The notes under the pieces are model-generated. The model had not been told where the DNA came from and did no database searches. It saw only the letters and a list, made by a program, of their open reading frames with translations. DNA of 32,705 nucleotides, counting the filler, from an uncultured virus (IMG/VR IMGVR_UViG_2061766007_002310) (Duplodnaviria > Heunggongvirae > Uroviricota > Caudoviricetes). It is 5 parts of one record of this genome, joined end to end, with 100 filler letters (N's around TTAATTAATTAA, not from the genome) between each part and the next. Parts side by side here need not be neighbours in the genome. Positions count along the whole stretch, not along the records: positions 1 to 13,575 come from IMGVR_UViG_2061766007_002310; 4 more parts are not named here. One strand, 5' to 3'. Positions within the stretch are counted from its first letter, which is position 1. Each line of letters opens with the position of its first letter. The position numbers and the translations under genes are program-made. Positions 1 through 10,023 of the stretch are shown piece after piece.

Positions 1-149
1 CAGCGAGCCAGCTCGATATCGTAGTCTTCCTTGCTACGGAAGTATCCGCAGAACCATTCCTTGCCTCCCGGATAGATACGGTACAGCTCGTAACAGCGTT
101 CTGATGCATGTAAAAGTGATCCAGTGTGCTTTATTAAAGTTACCGACAT
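1..149 (-). CDS. hypothetical protein, 3' partial (MSVTLIKHTGSLLHASERCYELYRIYPGG...)
   Basis: ATG at 149, 2 nt after the stop of the upstream gene; frame open to the window edge. Confidence 0.55.
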   Translation of the reverse strand, partial: MSVTLIKHTGSLLHASERCYELYRIYPGGKEWFCGYFRSKEDYDIELAR

Positions 150-151
150 GA

Positions 152-529
152 TTACCCCAAATAAGTTGTCTGTCCAGTTACTGTGTCAACGATCTGCAGA
201 TCTCCCCAGCTTCGAGTAGTCTCTTTCTTTGCATACGCCTTGTTATCGCTCATTGCTTTGTAGTATCGCTGATACCAGCTGAAATATCGGTCTGCAGCAT
301 GCTTGGCATTGTACGCCTTGCAGAAATGTTCCCTCGAAAAGAAAGGAGGCCCGAACAGGTCATCCGACTCGGACACCTTGTACGTGTGCATTCCCGGCAA
401 GTCTTTACGGTAGTGGTTCATTACCCTACGGCGGAACCATGCGGTATTCGTCACCACGGCAACCATAATCGGAACGAGTACGACCAGAAACGCCAGTCCG
501 ATCAATATGTAGCCAGTCGTTGCCGTCAT
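152..529 (-). CDS. hypothetical protein with N-terminal membrane anchor
   Basis: 125-aa ORF; hydrophobic stretch YILIGLAFLVVLVPIMVAVV; ATGA overlap with the upstream gene. Confidence 0.7.
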   Translation of the reverse strand: MTATTGYILIGLAFLVVLVPIMVAVVTNTAWFRRRVMNHYRKDLPGMHTYKVSESDDLFGPPFFSREHFCKAYNAKHAADRYFSWYQRYYKAMSDNKAYAKKETTRSWGDLQIVDTVTGQTTYLG

Positions 530-792
530 AGATCAACCTTTGTCTTTGTCAAGAACCACTTCGTGAACTTGGATAGCGGGTTACGCAAGTCCTCGCCCGG
601 TTTACATTTCGGGCCAAGGTAATCGTATATACACAAGATTAACCACTTGAACAGCTCGGCTAACGCCATGAAAACTACGGCGACCACAATTACGATAACC
701 AATAACAGCCATGACAGTCCGTACAGAAGGACGACCGACATGGACATAAGAGAAATAAGCAAGCCCCAAACGTATTTCAGTACAAATTTCAT
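526..792 (-). CDS. small membrane protein, predicted leaderless
   Basis: 88 aa with a long hydrophobic N-terminal half; ATG 6 nt downstream of the TATATT -10 box. Confidence 0.7.
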   Translation of the reverse strand: MKFVLKYVWGLLISLMSMSVVLLYGLSWLLLVIVIVVAVVFMALAELFKWLILCIYDYLGPKCKPGEDLRNPLSKFTKWFLTKTKVDL

Positions 793-798
793 ACCCTA

Positions 799-842
799 AA
801 TATAGCAAATGCCGTTACGAAAGTCAATTTATTTGCTATATT
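799..842. promoter_or_regulatory. overlapping divergent sigma70-type promoters
   Basis: Minus strand: TTGACT(827-822)-N17-TATATT(804-799). Plus strand: TGCTATATT(834-842) with a weak -35. Confidence 0.75.
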
Positions 843-849
843 GGATTAC

Positions 850-1244
850 ATGCTCAATACGATCAAGAAAATCTTCAAGGAACGCATCGACTGTGTCAAG
901 TATACGTGGGCTCACCACAAGGCACTGAACCGTCTTGCCTTGTACAAGGGCTTCTACTTCCCGTTCCATGACCTAGACAAGATCATCTTATATCCACTTC
1001 TAGGCAAGAAGCTCACCCACAAGATCCACCGCGCATGGTCTGGACACCACTACCACAACGGCGACATCAAGAACAAGTTCGAAGCCGCACTCGACTGGGA
1101 ATGCGCNNNNNNNNNNNNNNNNNNNNNNNNNNNNNNNNNNNAAAGTATTATCCGGACGTGGACATGGAAGAAACCCTGCGCTGGCTGCGATTGTACCACG
1201 GAGACGAAGGTTACGAAAACCCGTATGAAATCCACGAGGATTAA
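850..1244 (+). CDS. HD-like His-rich phosphohydrolase (DUF5662-like), spans a gap
   Basis: HHK...FHDLDK...HRAWSGHH...DWEC motifs; after the gap continues in another frame as KYYPDVDMEETLRWLRL...HED*. Confidence 0.55.
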
Positions 1245-1245
1245 A

Positions 1246-1863
1246 ATGGAAACACCACTCAACCTAATGTCATATGACGTCATCGTCGCGCTGGACGCTT
1301 TCGAGCGACTGTACCGCCAGTTCAAGGACAATATAAGATGCACGTTCAGTTGCGAAAAGAGAGACCTTCTTGAACGGCTGTCGGCATTTCCGTCGCCGTC
1401 GGCAGCGATGTGTACGCTGATGAAGGAACTCCGCGAAGAACAAAAAGAATCACTTGTCGAGCCGGAAGATATCAAGAGTAAGTTGGAACAAAGTGTACAG
1501 CCGATCCTTCAAACGATCAGCGGAGACCTTCTGCAGCACTGGATTGCTGTGAATGAAGGCATCGTCCGCACGGCATATTACGTGAAAGCGGTCGAGATAG
1601 ACCCGTACAACGCACTGCTCTACATTTCTGGGCCGTCAGTGGTACTGTCCGGATTGCTTGCGCCAAACGTGGCGACTTGCCGCGAGTACCACAAGGTCAA
1701 ACTGGCATCGTTGACAACAATGAGCGAACTGAAGGCCGACGTCCTCGAAGAAGATGATGTCGTGGCGATACTAAATGATAAGGTTTCCGCCTACACTCGC
1801 TATATTATGGACGCAGTCAAGTTCGTACATGAAAGCACGGCAAAACGGCAAATAAATCGCTAG
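1246..1863 (+). CDS. hypothetical protein (METPLNLMSY..., 205 aa)
   Basis: GAGG RBS then ATG 1246 directly after the previous stop; the ORF track fused it to the upstream gene across the gap. Confidence 0.7.
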   Translation: METPLNLMSYDVIVALDAFERLYRQFKDNIRCTFSCEKRDLLERLSAFPSPSAAMCTLMKELREEQKESLVEPEDIKSKLEQSVQPILQTISGDLLQHWIAVNEGIVRTAYYVKAVEIDPYNALLYISGPSVVLSGLLAPNVATCREYHKVKLASLTTMSELKADVLEEDDVVAILNDKVSAYTRYIMDAVKFVHESTAKRQINR

Positions 1864-2270
1864 CGGCGACGGTGTTTCCTGGATAACGAACGGACGAACG
1901 ACATCATGTTGTTCGCCGTTTTTTGATGGAATGAATCTATTGCATCGTCTATCTTCATATCAGCGAACATCGCTGGCCATCTCTTACGCACTCTGGGCAA
2001 AGGAAACGGAGCAAACATTGTCTTACGTTCAAGTTCTTCCTCACGGTCTTGTTGTTCCCATATGGCGACCAAGTCCGGGTAAAGAGTAGCCGGTTCAGTT
2101 TCTACACGGAACTCTACACGGTGACCGATTTCAAGCTCGTGGCAACGTAGATAGTTGATTTCCTTGTTGGCCAGCGATTCAGACTTGAAATAGCCGACAA
2201 GGTGAGAATGAACACCTAGTCTGCAGTGATAGTCCTTGTAGACCTTATATACTGTTTGGTACGTATTCAT
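1860..2270 (-). CDS. hypothetical protein
   Basis: 136-aa ORF, last gene of a tightly packed minus-strand run. Confidence 0.65.
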   Translation of the reverse strand: MNTYQTVYKVYKDYHCRLGVHSHLVGYFKSESLANKEINYLRCHELEIGHRVEFRVETEPATLYPDLVAIWEQQDREEELERKTMFAPFPLPRVRKRWPAMFADMKIDDAIDSFHQKTANNMMSFVRSLSRKHRRR

Positions 2271-2273
2271 CTT

Positions 2274-2549
2274 CTAACACTGATCCGACAAAATAAATGA
2301 TTTCATTTTCTGTGCGGCCATAAGAGCCATTAGTTCGTCCGACGTGATGTTGCATACGTGGAAGTCGTACTTCGTCCACCAGTCGTTTGCCGTCTTGATA
2401 TACGACTTTGCCTCGTCCTCGCTAGTAAAAAACCTAGCGTCAAGCAGATTATTGGTTCCGTCGTAATGTTCACCGCCATAGTCGCCGCCGTTGCGGAAAT
2501 ACTTGTGGTTAGGCGTTTTAACACTGTTCACCAGATAATATAGTAGCAT
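2274..2549 (-). CDS. hypothetical protein (MLLYYLVNSVK...)
   Basis: AGAGGA RBS upstream of ATG 2549, just after the stop at 2561-2563. Confidence 0.65.
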   Translation of the reverse strand: MLLYYLVNSVKTPNHKYFRNGGDYGGEHYDGTNNLLDARFFTSEDEAKSYIKTANDWWTKYDFHVCNITSDELMALMAAQKMKSFILSDQC

Positions 2550-2560
2550 AGTCATCCTCT

Positions 2561-3310
2561 CTAGTCTTGCCAGAAACAGTAAAGGCATCCATGTGGGCAG
2601 CGTCTTGGGAACGTGCCGAGGATCTGGCGCTTCGCCAGACACATGCAGTCGTCACGCTGCTTGTTTACCGGCTGACCGTACGAGTCGCCGTTGACGTGCA
2701 GAAGGATCAAGTCCTTGTAACTCACACAGCCCAGCTTGTCGATGAAGTCTGCCGTCAATTCTGTCTCCGCACAGCTTTCGAAGTGGAACCACTCAGTATA
2801 CTTGCCGAGGATTTCCTCTGTACGGCGGAACACGGACTTGGGAGCCTTGAAGGTCTTCCACAGAAGGGGAACGCCCTTGTTCCTCATGCGAAGCACCGCA
2901 TGAGGATACAAGTCGACGACCGATACTCGGCATCGGAACACAATCCCATGCTCCTTTGCGTAGCCGCTCCACATATCAAGAACCTTGTATATGTTGTCCT
3001 GGCATTCCTTGTTCAGCAGAACGACCGGATCCAGACGGAGGACATAGTGAGTGGTGTCGAACCCACGGTCGACAAGTTTCACGAACTGTTCGAACTCGTG
3101 TTCTGGCGTCTTGACACGAGGTTCCAAGTCAGTACCGCCCTGACCGGTCACGGTATGATGGAAGATCACTCGGTCTTGTACGATAAGGAGCTTCTCGACC
3201 ATCTCGTCCGACAGCTCCTTGGATATGACGACGTTGGCTTCGAGCAGATGGGTCTCCCAGTCCGGAACGAAGCACGGGTCATAAGTCTCTGTAATGCCGA
3301 CGTATTTCAT
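2561..3310 (-). CDS. DUF1848-like protein (radical-SAM-related, C-terminal Cys motif)
   Basis: TVTG..LEP.V, LRLDPV, ESCAE, QRDDCMC and terminal CPHGCLYCFW motifs. Confidence 0.75.
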   Translation of the reverse strand: MKYVGITETYDPCFVPDWETHLLEANVVISKELSDEMVEKLLIVQDRVIFHHTVTGQGGTDLEPRVKTPEHEFEQFVKLVDRGFDTTHYVLRLDPVVLLNKECQDNIYKVLDMWSGYAKEHGIVFRCRVSVVDLYPHAVLRMRNKGVPLLWKTFKAPKSVFRRTEEILGKYTEWFHFESCAETELTADFIDKLGCVSYKDLILLHVNGDSYGQPVNKQRDDCMCLAKRQILGTFPRRCPHGCLYCFWQD

Positions 3311-3426
3311 TACGTCACCTCGTTGTAGTGGAAGCAGTTCGAGTCGTGGGCAAGCTTCAACAGACGAAGTAACTCGGTGTCCTCATGCATCGAATAAGTT
3401 TCGCCACTGAACGAATAGCTGTAGTC
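3310..3426 (-). CDS. 3' end of the gene beginning at 6348 (mis-oriented contig)
   Basis: Reverse complement of 3388-3426 equals 6606-6644 (DYSYSFSGETYSM), then continues HEDTELLRLL...NEVT*; TAATG coupling to the DUF1848-like gene. Confidence 0.8.
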   Translation of the reverse strand, partial: DYSYSFSGETYSMHEDTELLRLLKLAHDSNCFHYNEVT

Positions 3427-3874
3427 NNNNNNNNNNNNNNNNNNNNNNNNNNNNNNNNNNNNNNNNNNNNNNNNNNNNNNNNNNNNNNNNNNNNNNNNNN
3501 NNNNNNNNNNNNNNNNNNNNNNNNNNNNNNNNNNNNNNNNNNNNNNNNNNNNNNNNNNNNNNNNNNNNNNNNNNNNNNNNNNNNNNNNNNNNNNNNNNNN
3601 NNNNNNNNNNNNNNNNNNNNNNNNNNNNNNNNNNNNNNNNNNNNNNNNNNNNNNNNNNNNNNNNNNNNNNNNNNNNNNNNNNNNNNNNNNNNNNNNNNNN
3701 NNNNNNNNNNNNNNNNNNNNNNNNNNNNNNNNNNNNNNNNNNNNNNNNNNNNNNNNNNNNNNNNNNNNNNNNNNNNNNNNNNNNNNNNNNNNNNNNNNNN
3801 NNNNNNNNNNNNNNNNNNNNNNNNNNNNNNNNNNNNNNNNNNNNNNNNNNNNNNNNNNNNNNNNNNNNNATCTG

Positions 3875-3903
3875 ATGACGTTATGTCAATTAATTGCTAT
3901 ATT
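3875..3903 (+). promoter_or_regulatory. sigma70-type promoter
   Basis: ATGACG-N17-TATATT with TGC before the -10; a minus-strand TTGACA at 3884-3889 suggests a divergent partner. Confidence 0.55.
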
Positions 3904-3936
3904 ATTGGCAAACCATCTATCGACACGAGGTACTCA

Positions 3937-4587
3937 ATGTCCAAGACCCATTATCTAGTCGTCTGGGGATTCTTCCCCGTCTATGAAGAATACATTCCAG
4001 ACTTGGTTGATCCGATTCTCGTCGATGCAGAGACACTTGATGAAGCTATTGCTCGATATCCGCATAAAACCGAACGTGGTCACGCACACGTTATCGGTAC
4101 AGTCCCAGACGCTATCGTGAACGGAGAACCACGACTTGCATCGGAAGCCATTCCGATGGCAGCATATCCTCAGTTGTGTGACTGGACGGACGAATCTTTC
4201 GGAAAACTAAACAGCCAGTACAAGACCCTCGTCAACACTCTGTACCAACAATGGCTAGGAAACGCCCGTATAGAGCCAGTTCATGTAATTGGCTACTTGC
4301 TCAAACCGGATTCGGCAGAACTTCGGAAAGAAATCGAACAGCTCCGCACGTTCAAGAAGAATGTAGAACGGTGCCTGGAGACCGAATACCAGAAACTGTA
4401 CCAAGCTGGCTTCGTAAAGGCGATGATGGCAAGTCACGAAGACGGAACATTCAAGTTCGACCTCAACTTGGACTCTCCGTTACGTGAAGAGCTTGCTAAA
4501 GCCAACTACTGGAAACGGTACTACGAGGACAAGTACCTCGCATTGCTTCCGGACGAGGAACGAAATCCTCCGCCGCAAGCCAAATAA
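3937..4587 (+). CDS. hypothetical protein (MSKTHYLVVWGFFP...)
   Basis: GAGG RBS; 216 aa; allelic N-terminus repeated at 4810-4920 on the minus strand. Confidence 0.75.
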   Translation: MSKTHYLVVWGFFPVYEEYIPDLVDPILVDAETLDEAIARYPHKTERGHAHVIGTVPDAIVNGEPRLASEAIPMAAYPQLCDWTDESFGKLNSQYKTLVNTLYQQWLGNARIEPVHVIGYLLKPDSAELRKEIEQLRTFKKNVERCLETEYQKLYQAGFVKAMMASHEDGTFKFDLNLDSPLREELAKANYWKRYYEDKYLALLPDEERNPPPQAK

Positions 4588-4617
4588 GAAAAAAGCCAGC
4601 TTTAAGCTGGCTTTTCT
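4588..4617. terminator. bidirectional intrinsic terminator
   Basis: AAAAGCCAGC-TTTAA-GCTGGCTTTT between convergent genes. Confidence 0.8.
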
Positions 4618-4799
4618 GTTCTAGGAATCACGTTGCTACACATCGGAAGCAATGTCACCCAAGAGGCGCATATGTCCTTCAACGTGACAAGTCCATCGTA
4701 CTTGACCGTCCTCTTGTAGACAAAATCAAGTACATGTACGATCGGATCTGGATGCGCCTTGATGATTTCGTAGATGAACGGAACTGCAGCTTCGTCCAT
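4602..4799 (-). CDS. C-terminal fragment of a hypothetical protein
   Basis: Open frame MDEAAVPFIY...EKPA* from the gap to the terminator; may be the end of the 6655-7694 gene (unconfirmed). Confidence 0.5.
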   Translation of the reverse strand: MDEAAVPFIYEIIKAHPDPIVHVLDFVYKRTVKYDGLVTLKDICASWVTLLPMCSNVIPRTEKPA

Positions 4800-4919
4800 N
4801 NNNNNNNNNGGCTTCATCAAGTGTCTCTGCATCGACGAGAATCGGATCAACCAGGTCCGGAATTTCTTCTTCATAGACGGGGAAGAATCCCCATACGACT
4901 AGATAATGGGTCTTGGACA

Positions 4920-5774
4920 TTATTTCGCCTCTTTTGTATTGGTATGTTCGTCCAGCCATGCGCTCAAGTCATTGGCGTCGGCGGCATTGTCTTTATGGTA
5001 TGCGATAACATACTTGGTCATTTGTTCGTACAGTTCTTCCTCGAACTTGAGCACGTCGTCGCAGATTGAAGCCATCCACACGTTGATCAGCGTCATGGAC
5101 TTGTCTGGAATGTCGAGGGCTAGTCCGCCGAAATAACTGGGTTCCTTCTCGCCTTCCCTGGTGAACACGATATACGGGTCTACTCGAAGTCCGTGGATGG
5201 TAGGGAAGAATACCTTGGCGATTGCGCCTTGGTGGATCTTTGAATGCAGCGTGATTTCGAACGTAGCGTCGCAGATTCCTTCGAGTTCGCCCTTGTACAT
5301 AGAATTCGGATTGTTTGCGATACGTTCTTTGGTTTTTACGTGGGCGTCGCTTACTTGCATGTGTACCGTGTAGTAGTCTGCCTGGATTTTCAATAGCTTT
5401 TTGCGTGACCGGAACGGATGCCGCCAATTGAACGGCCTTTTCGCTACGACTGTGGTTCCATACAAGTAGTCATACTCTTCCTTGCCTTCAATGGCGGTAT
5501 CGAACAGCTTTCTGGCGTCGTCATCTATCGGAACGAGTCCGGTATTGTAGAAGATGTCGGCGAGACGCTGCATCAAGCAAGAATCACCCATGCGAGTGAT
5601 GAACGGATTGGTTCTACGGAACAGCTGTTGGTTTTCATTCACCAACTTGAATATGCATGTCCTCGTTCGAGACGGATTCCACAGCTTCTGGTGCCAGATG
5701 GTGGACGCCTTGTCGTGGACGTCGGCGTATTCGCCCTTGCAGCATTCTTCGTAGTATCGTTGTAATTCTGTCAT
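4920..5774 (-). CDS. hypothetical protein (MTELQRYYEECC..., 284 aa)
   Basis: GAGG RBS at 5780-5783; TAATG-coupled to the MSKTHY allele. Confidence 0.75.
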   Translation of the reverse strand: MTELQRYYEECCKGEYADVHDKASTIWHQKLWNPSRTRTCIFKLVNENQQLFRRTNPFITRMGDSCLMQRLADIFYNTGLVPIDDDARKLFDTAIEGKEEYDYLYGTTVVAKRPFNWRHPFRSRKKLLKIQADYYTVHMQVSDAHVKTKERIANNPNSMYKGELEGICDATFEITLHSKIHQGAIAKVFFPTIHGLRVDPYIVFTREGEKEPSYFGGLALDIPDKSMTLINVWMASICDDVLKFEEELYEQMTKYVIAYHKDNAADANDLSAWLDEHTNTKEAK

Positions 5775-5796
5775 TTCTACCTCATATGATGAGTTT

Positions 5797-5871
5797 AATA
5801 TAACTTTTGCTTTGACGGCTGTCAAGTGGTTTTATGAAATTATTGACAGTTTATTGTCGAAATGCTATATT
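5797..5871. promoter_or_regulatory. divergent sigma70-type promoter pair
   Basis: Minus strand: TTGACA(5825-5820)-N17-TATATT(5802-5797). Plus strand: TTGACA(5843-5848)-N17-TATATT(5866-5871). Confidence 0.85.
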
Positions 5872-5877
5872 CTGTAC

Positions 5878-6351
5878 ATGCAAAAGACTGAAATTAAGCT
5901 ATTTTCCGACTCAAACCTGACCGCACTGGAGAGCTCGGTCAACCGGTTCTTGGAGACTCTGGACAAGGACGACGTGGTTTCCGTAGTGGTCAACAGCAGC
6001 GACCATTGCCTAAAGGGCACCCATCTGCGAGCAAGCGACTACTGTACGGTCTATACGGCCACGGTCACCTACAGATACAACTATACCGACAGACAGATCA
6101 CATATGAGCTGAACTTGCTGGACAAGCAGATATACGAGCTGATTAACAACGTCGACCAATACGACGTCAACACAATTTATCTGGGCAAGTATGAACGTAC
6201 TCTTCCGGTCAATCGTATTTGGGGAATGTCCGTAAATGACGTTCTGGCCAAAGTCAAGGAGTCCAAGGAATACAAGAAGCTTGAGCAAGAGATCGTAGAC
6301 AAGTGGTGGGCTCAAGATACTGAATGGAAATCTGAACTGGGGATTGAATGA
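5878..6351 (+). CDS. hypothetical protein with Cse60/DUF2758-like N-terminal domain, predicted leaderless
   Basis: IKLFSDSNLTALESSVNRFL...VVSV...YTATVTY pattern; ATG 6 nt after the -10. Confidence 0.6.
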   Translation: MQKTEIKLFSDSNLTALESSVNRFLETLDKDDVVSVVVNSSDHCLKGTHLRASDYCTVYTATVTYRYNYTDRQITYELNLLDKQIYELINNVDQYDVNTIYLGKYERTLPVNRIWGMSVNDVLAKVKESKEYKKLEQEIVDKWWAQDTEWKSELGIE

Positions 6352-6644
6352 TGACGTTTGAACAATTCAAGATATGCGTTCGCGCTTACTTTCCTAACGT
6401 CCGCTTCTATGACAAGCTGGTGTACTTGTTCCCCAATGATCTGAATCTGAAATGGAATAAGAGCCGTCATAACCCATACGCAACGGTTCAACTGTGCAAG
6501 GAATTTCATCTTCCATATGACCGCATTGTGCTTAAGAACTTCTGGAAAGCCGAGAACTTGGTTATCGGGTTCAATGATTATCCTAGCATAGACAAAGGAT
6601 ATGCGGACTACAGCTATTCGTTCAGTGGCGAAACTTATTCGATG
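6348..6644 (+). CDS. hypothetical protein, 5' part (completed by the reverse complement of 3310-3426)
   Basis: ATGA overlap with the upstream gene; exact sequence overlap with 3388-3426. Confidence 0.7.
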
Positions 6645-6654
6645 NNNNNNNNNN

Positions 6655-7694
6655 CTTCACCAAGGCATCGAAATCTGGATCGCCCTCGAACTTCTGGGTA
6701 GCCTTGACCGCATAGCGGTCATGCCATGCGTGGTAGTGCTTGAAGAACTTGTCCTTCAAGCTGGTATCTGACATACGCCTAATCAAGTGGTTAGCCCACA
6801 CCGGGCGCTTGAGAGCGTCACGGAGAATCTTCCAGCCGCTCCAGTACAACGTATCGCTATACGCATGCTTCTTTACGTCGAAGTCATGGAACTCGGCAAG
6901 CATCATGGACTGGTGGACAGTCTTGATGAAACGGTCTACTGCCTCGTTCGTACGGATAAGTAGCCAACCAATGTTGCCCTTCTTCCATTGACGCGGATAG
7001 CAGTGATTTTCCTTATGACCCAGGACGAGTTCCATTCCGTACCAGTAGTACATATCGAAGATCTGCTGGCTGGTTATTCCGGTGCAAACCTTGTCGTTCT
7101 TGGTCGGATCGAATCCATGGAACGTACCACGGATTCGGTTCAGCCTAGTCAGNNNNNNNNNNGTGTTGCCCTTCTTCCAGTTTTCCGGATAGCAGTGATT
7201 TTCATTATGACCCAGGACGAGCTCCATGCCGTACCAGTAGTACATATCGAAGATTTGCTGACTGGTTATTCCGGTGCAGACCTTGTCGTTCTTGGTCGGA
7301 TCGAATCCATGGAACGTACCACGGATGCGGTTCAGCTTCGTCAGCATAACGCTCTTGTCGCCCCAAGTGGCGATTTCTGCAATGAGGAACCCATGATAGC
7401 GGAATTCGTGGAACGTAACTTCGGTTGCCTTTNNNNNNNNNNCATAACGCTCTTGTCGCCCCACGTGGCGATTTCTGCAATGAGGAACCCATGATAAAGG
7501 AATTCGTTGAACGTGACCTCGGTTGCCTTTTCTCCGCAGTATTCAATACGCTTTTTCACTGTAAGCTTGTACTGGATAAGCTGCAGACGGTACAGCCAGT
7601 CCTCGATAGACCAGTTCTGCGTCAGCCGGAACAGAGTCCACTTGCGCTTAAAGCTACGGCTAACCTTGTGCCCATTAATCAGCAGTTTCGGCAT
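6655..7694 (-). CDS. hypothetical protein split over three overlapping allelic fragments
   Basis: MPKLLINGHK... start with GGAG RBS; fragments share KATEVTF and LNRIRGTFHGFD segments. Confidence 0.65.
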
Positions 7695-7696
7695 TG

Positions 7697-8236
7697 CTAC
7701 TCCTCGTCTTCTGGCTTTAATGCTTCGGCAAGCTCGGAACTAAATTTCTCGAAGTCGGCATCGGTCTCTTCGTTCGTTTTCTCATTCTCTTCGGTTCTCC
7801 ACCGAACGTATCCGTATTGGAGAATGTCAGTCTTGTCTCGGAACTTATTGCACATTTCAATCACGTCACAAGTGAACACGTCGTCGGTAATCTTGTCGAT
7901 AATATCCCAGATATCGTCCGGGTGCTTATAGAAATACGAGTTTACCATCTTGGTAATGAACTTGATGACAGTCGCCTTGTTCCGGTCAGCATATGTATGC
8001 TTCTTCAGCAGATGGCGGAAACGCCACTTGTACGACGTATAGTAGCCGTTCTGCTCTGGCGAATACAATGTAGCTTCCGTCGTCAAGTTCTTACGGACAT
8101 GCAGCTTTGCAACCAGTCTGTCATGGTAAAAGCATTTGACGTGAATTTCCATCGACATGCAAGTTTCTGTCTTAATATCGCAATCGTCATTAAACAGTTT
8201 GCGACAATAGTTCTCAAAGTATTGCTGTGTAATCAT
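7697..8236 (-). CDS. hypothetical protein
   Basis: 179 aa; ATGA overlap with the radical SAM gene; acidic C-terminus. Confidence 0.7.
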   Translation of the reverse strand: MITQQYFENYCRKLFNDDCDIKTETCMSMEIHVKCFYHDRLVAKLHVRKNLTTEATLYSPEQNGYYTSYKWRFRHLLKKHTYADRNKATVIKFITKMVNSYFYKHPDDIWDIIDKITDDVFTCDVIEMCNKFRDKTDILQYGYVRWRTEENEKTNEETDADFEKFSSELAEALKPEDEE

Positions 8237-10023
8237 ACATCCTTCCTATCGTAGACATACTTCAATGGCAAGAACCCTTCTTCGCCATAGTTGAGCACCG
8301 GCATAGTGCAAGCGGCGTCGTGGAAGATCTTTCCGTCAGCACGGATGAGTACGGACACGCCGAGAGAAGTCTGGGTAGCGTCTTCTACTCCGTCCAGCAA
8401 GTAGACCAGGTGGGATCCGTTGCGAGCGAAGATAGCATAGGAACTGTCCTTGGCTTCTTCGTATACGACAAGCTTGTAAGACGGATGGTCGGCAAGCTTC
8501 TCGGCAAATTCCTTAAGTCCGACCTTGTTCTTCTCGAACACGTTGGAACGCCAGCGAGTAGACACCAAGCCGTGCATTTCGCACCACTTATTTGTCTCGT
8601 CGAACTTATCCAACTCCATAGAGAAGTCGTCAACGACGAATACGCCGGACATATCGATGCCGTATCCGGCGGCATCGTTAGTCAGCTTGACAATTTCCTC
8701 GTCGTTAGGAATGCACCGTGTACCGAAAATCTTAGTGCGTTCCTCGAAGTCGGTCGAGTGCAAGGACAAGTTGACGTACTTGGTGGTTCCATGCAACGAA
8801 TACAATGCATGACCGAGCTGGTATCCGTTAGACGTAAGCGTAATACGCTTGATCTGGTCATGCGTCGGTATGCCGTACTTCATGAGGGCAGTGGTAAACT
8901 GTTCCAGCTCAACAAGTTCGGCAGTAGGCTCTCCGCCAGTGATCTCGATACTGATCGGGCGACCAGCGGCAATACGCATCACCTTGAATATGGAATTACA
9001 AATAGTGTCGTAGTCAAGACACTTCCAGCTCATACGGCATACCTGGTTTCCGTACTCGCCGTGCTTGTTGTAGCAGAAGGCACACTTCGCTTGGCACGAG
9101 TACGGAAGGACNNNNNNNNNNCCACAAATAGTGTCGTAGTCAAGACCCTTCCAGCTCATATGGCATACCTGGTTTCCGTACTCGCCATGCTTGTTGTAGC
9201 AGAAGGCACACTTCGCTTGGCACGAGTACGGAAGGACTACTTTGACCGACAGAACGCTATACCAGGGGTCTCTCACCGTATATTTATGAGCCAGTTCATT
9301 CAATTCAATCAGACGGTTCATAACTTTGTTATCACGATACGGATTAACGTCGCTATACGGATAGTCGGCGATCATGCGGTTCAGCGTATCCTCGTCGAAA
9401 TACTTCGGCAAGTTGGCGTATAGGTCGGACAACAGTCTGTAGCCGACCGGATTGTCAAGCGAACCGTAGATTCGNNNNNNNNNNCAGACGGCCTTCATTG
9501 ACCGTTTCAGTCTGTTTTTCAGCTTCATGTCTTCCTTGTAAACATCGATCCATTTGTTCTTCTCGTCGGGACAGCCAGCACTGCGGTCTAGGATCATCAT
9601 CTTACGATGCTCATCAGCCTCGTCAAATGCTACGATTTCGGTCACGCTGCCGTCATAGCAGTGAAATTCTCTGTAAATCATTATCTACTCGGTAGGTAAA
9701 ATTGTTTCTTCTTGGCAAACCACGCNNNNNNNNNNGTACGGATTAACGTCGCTATACGGATAGTCGGCGATCATGCGATTCAGCGTATTCTCGTCGAAAT
9801 ACTTCGGAAAGTTAGTGTAGAGATCGGACAACAGTCTGTAGCCGACCGGATTGTCAAGCGAACCGTAGATTCGTTCACGGATTGTCTCCCAAGGGAGCAC
9901 TTCGGATTCTATCTTGGACATATTCTCTCCAAACAGATTCATCTGTTGCTGCATATGTTCAACGTCACGAGCGTCGATGTGATGCACGTTTCCGTTATTG
10001 TCGTAAAACTCTCGTTCAATCAT
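8233..10023 (-). CDS. radical SAM enzyme (two allelic N-termini, starts at 9681 and 10023)
   Basis: CQAKCAFC (CxxxCxxC), ITGGEPT, LTSNG and VNLSLH motifs; no SPASM Cys array seen. Confidence 0.85.

Noticed and set aside
841..1863. 340-aa ORF from the track
   Set aside because: Fusion of two genes across a gap of inexact length; real genes are 850-1244 and 1246-1863.
6985..7520. Near-identical tandem segments (also in rSAM, NTase, AAA, thyX, ligA, phoH, GT) as real tandem repeats or DGR template/variable repeats
   Set aside because: Each copy abuts a 10-N gap, they occur even in housekeeping genes, differences are largely synonymous and not adenine-specific, and no reverse transcriptase is visible; best explained as strain bubbles.
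8320..9423. Long antisense ORFs (also 2567-3328, 17903-18574, 23175-23882)
   Set aside because: Shadows of motif-bearing genes on the opposite strand, with no recognisable motifs of their own.
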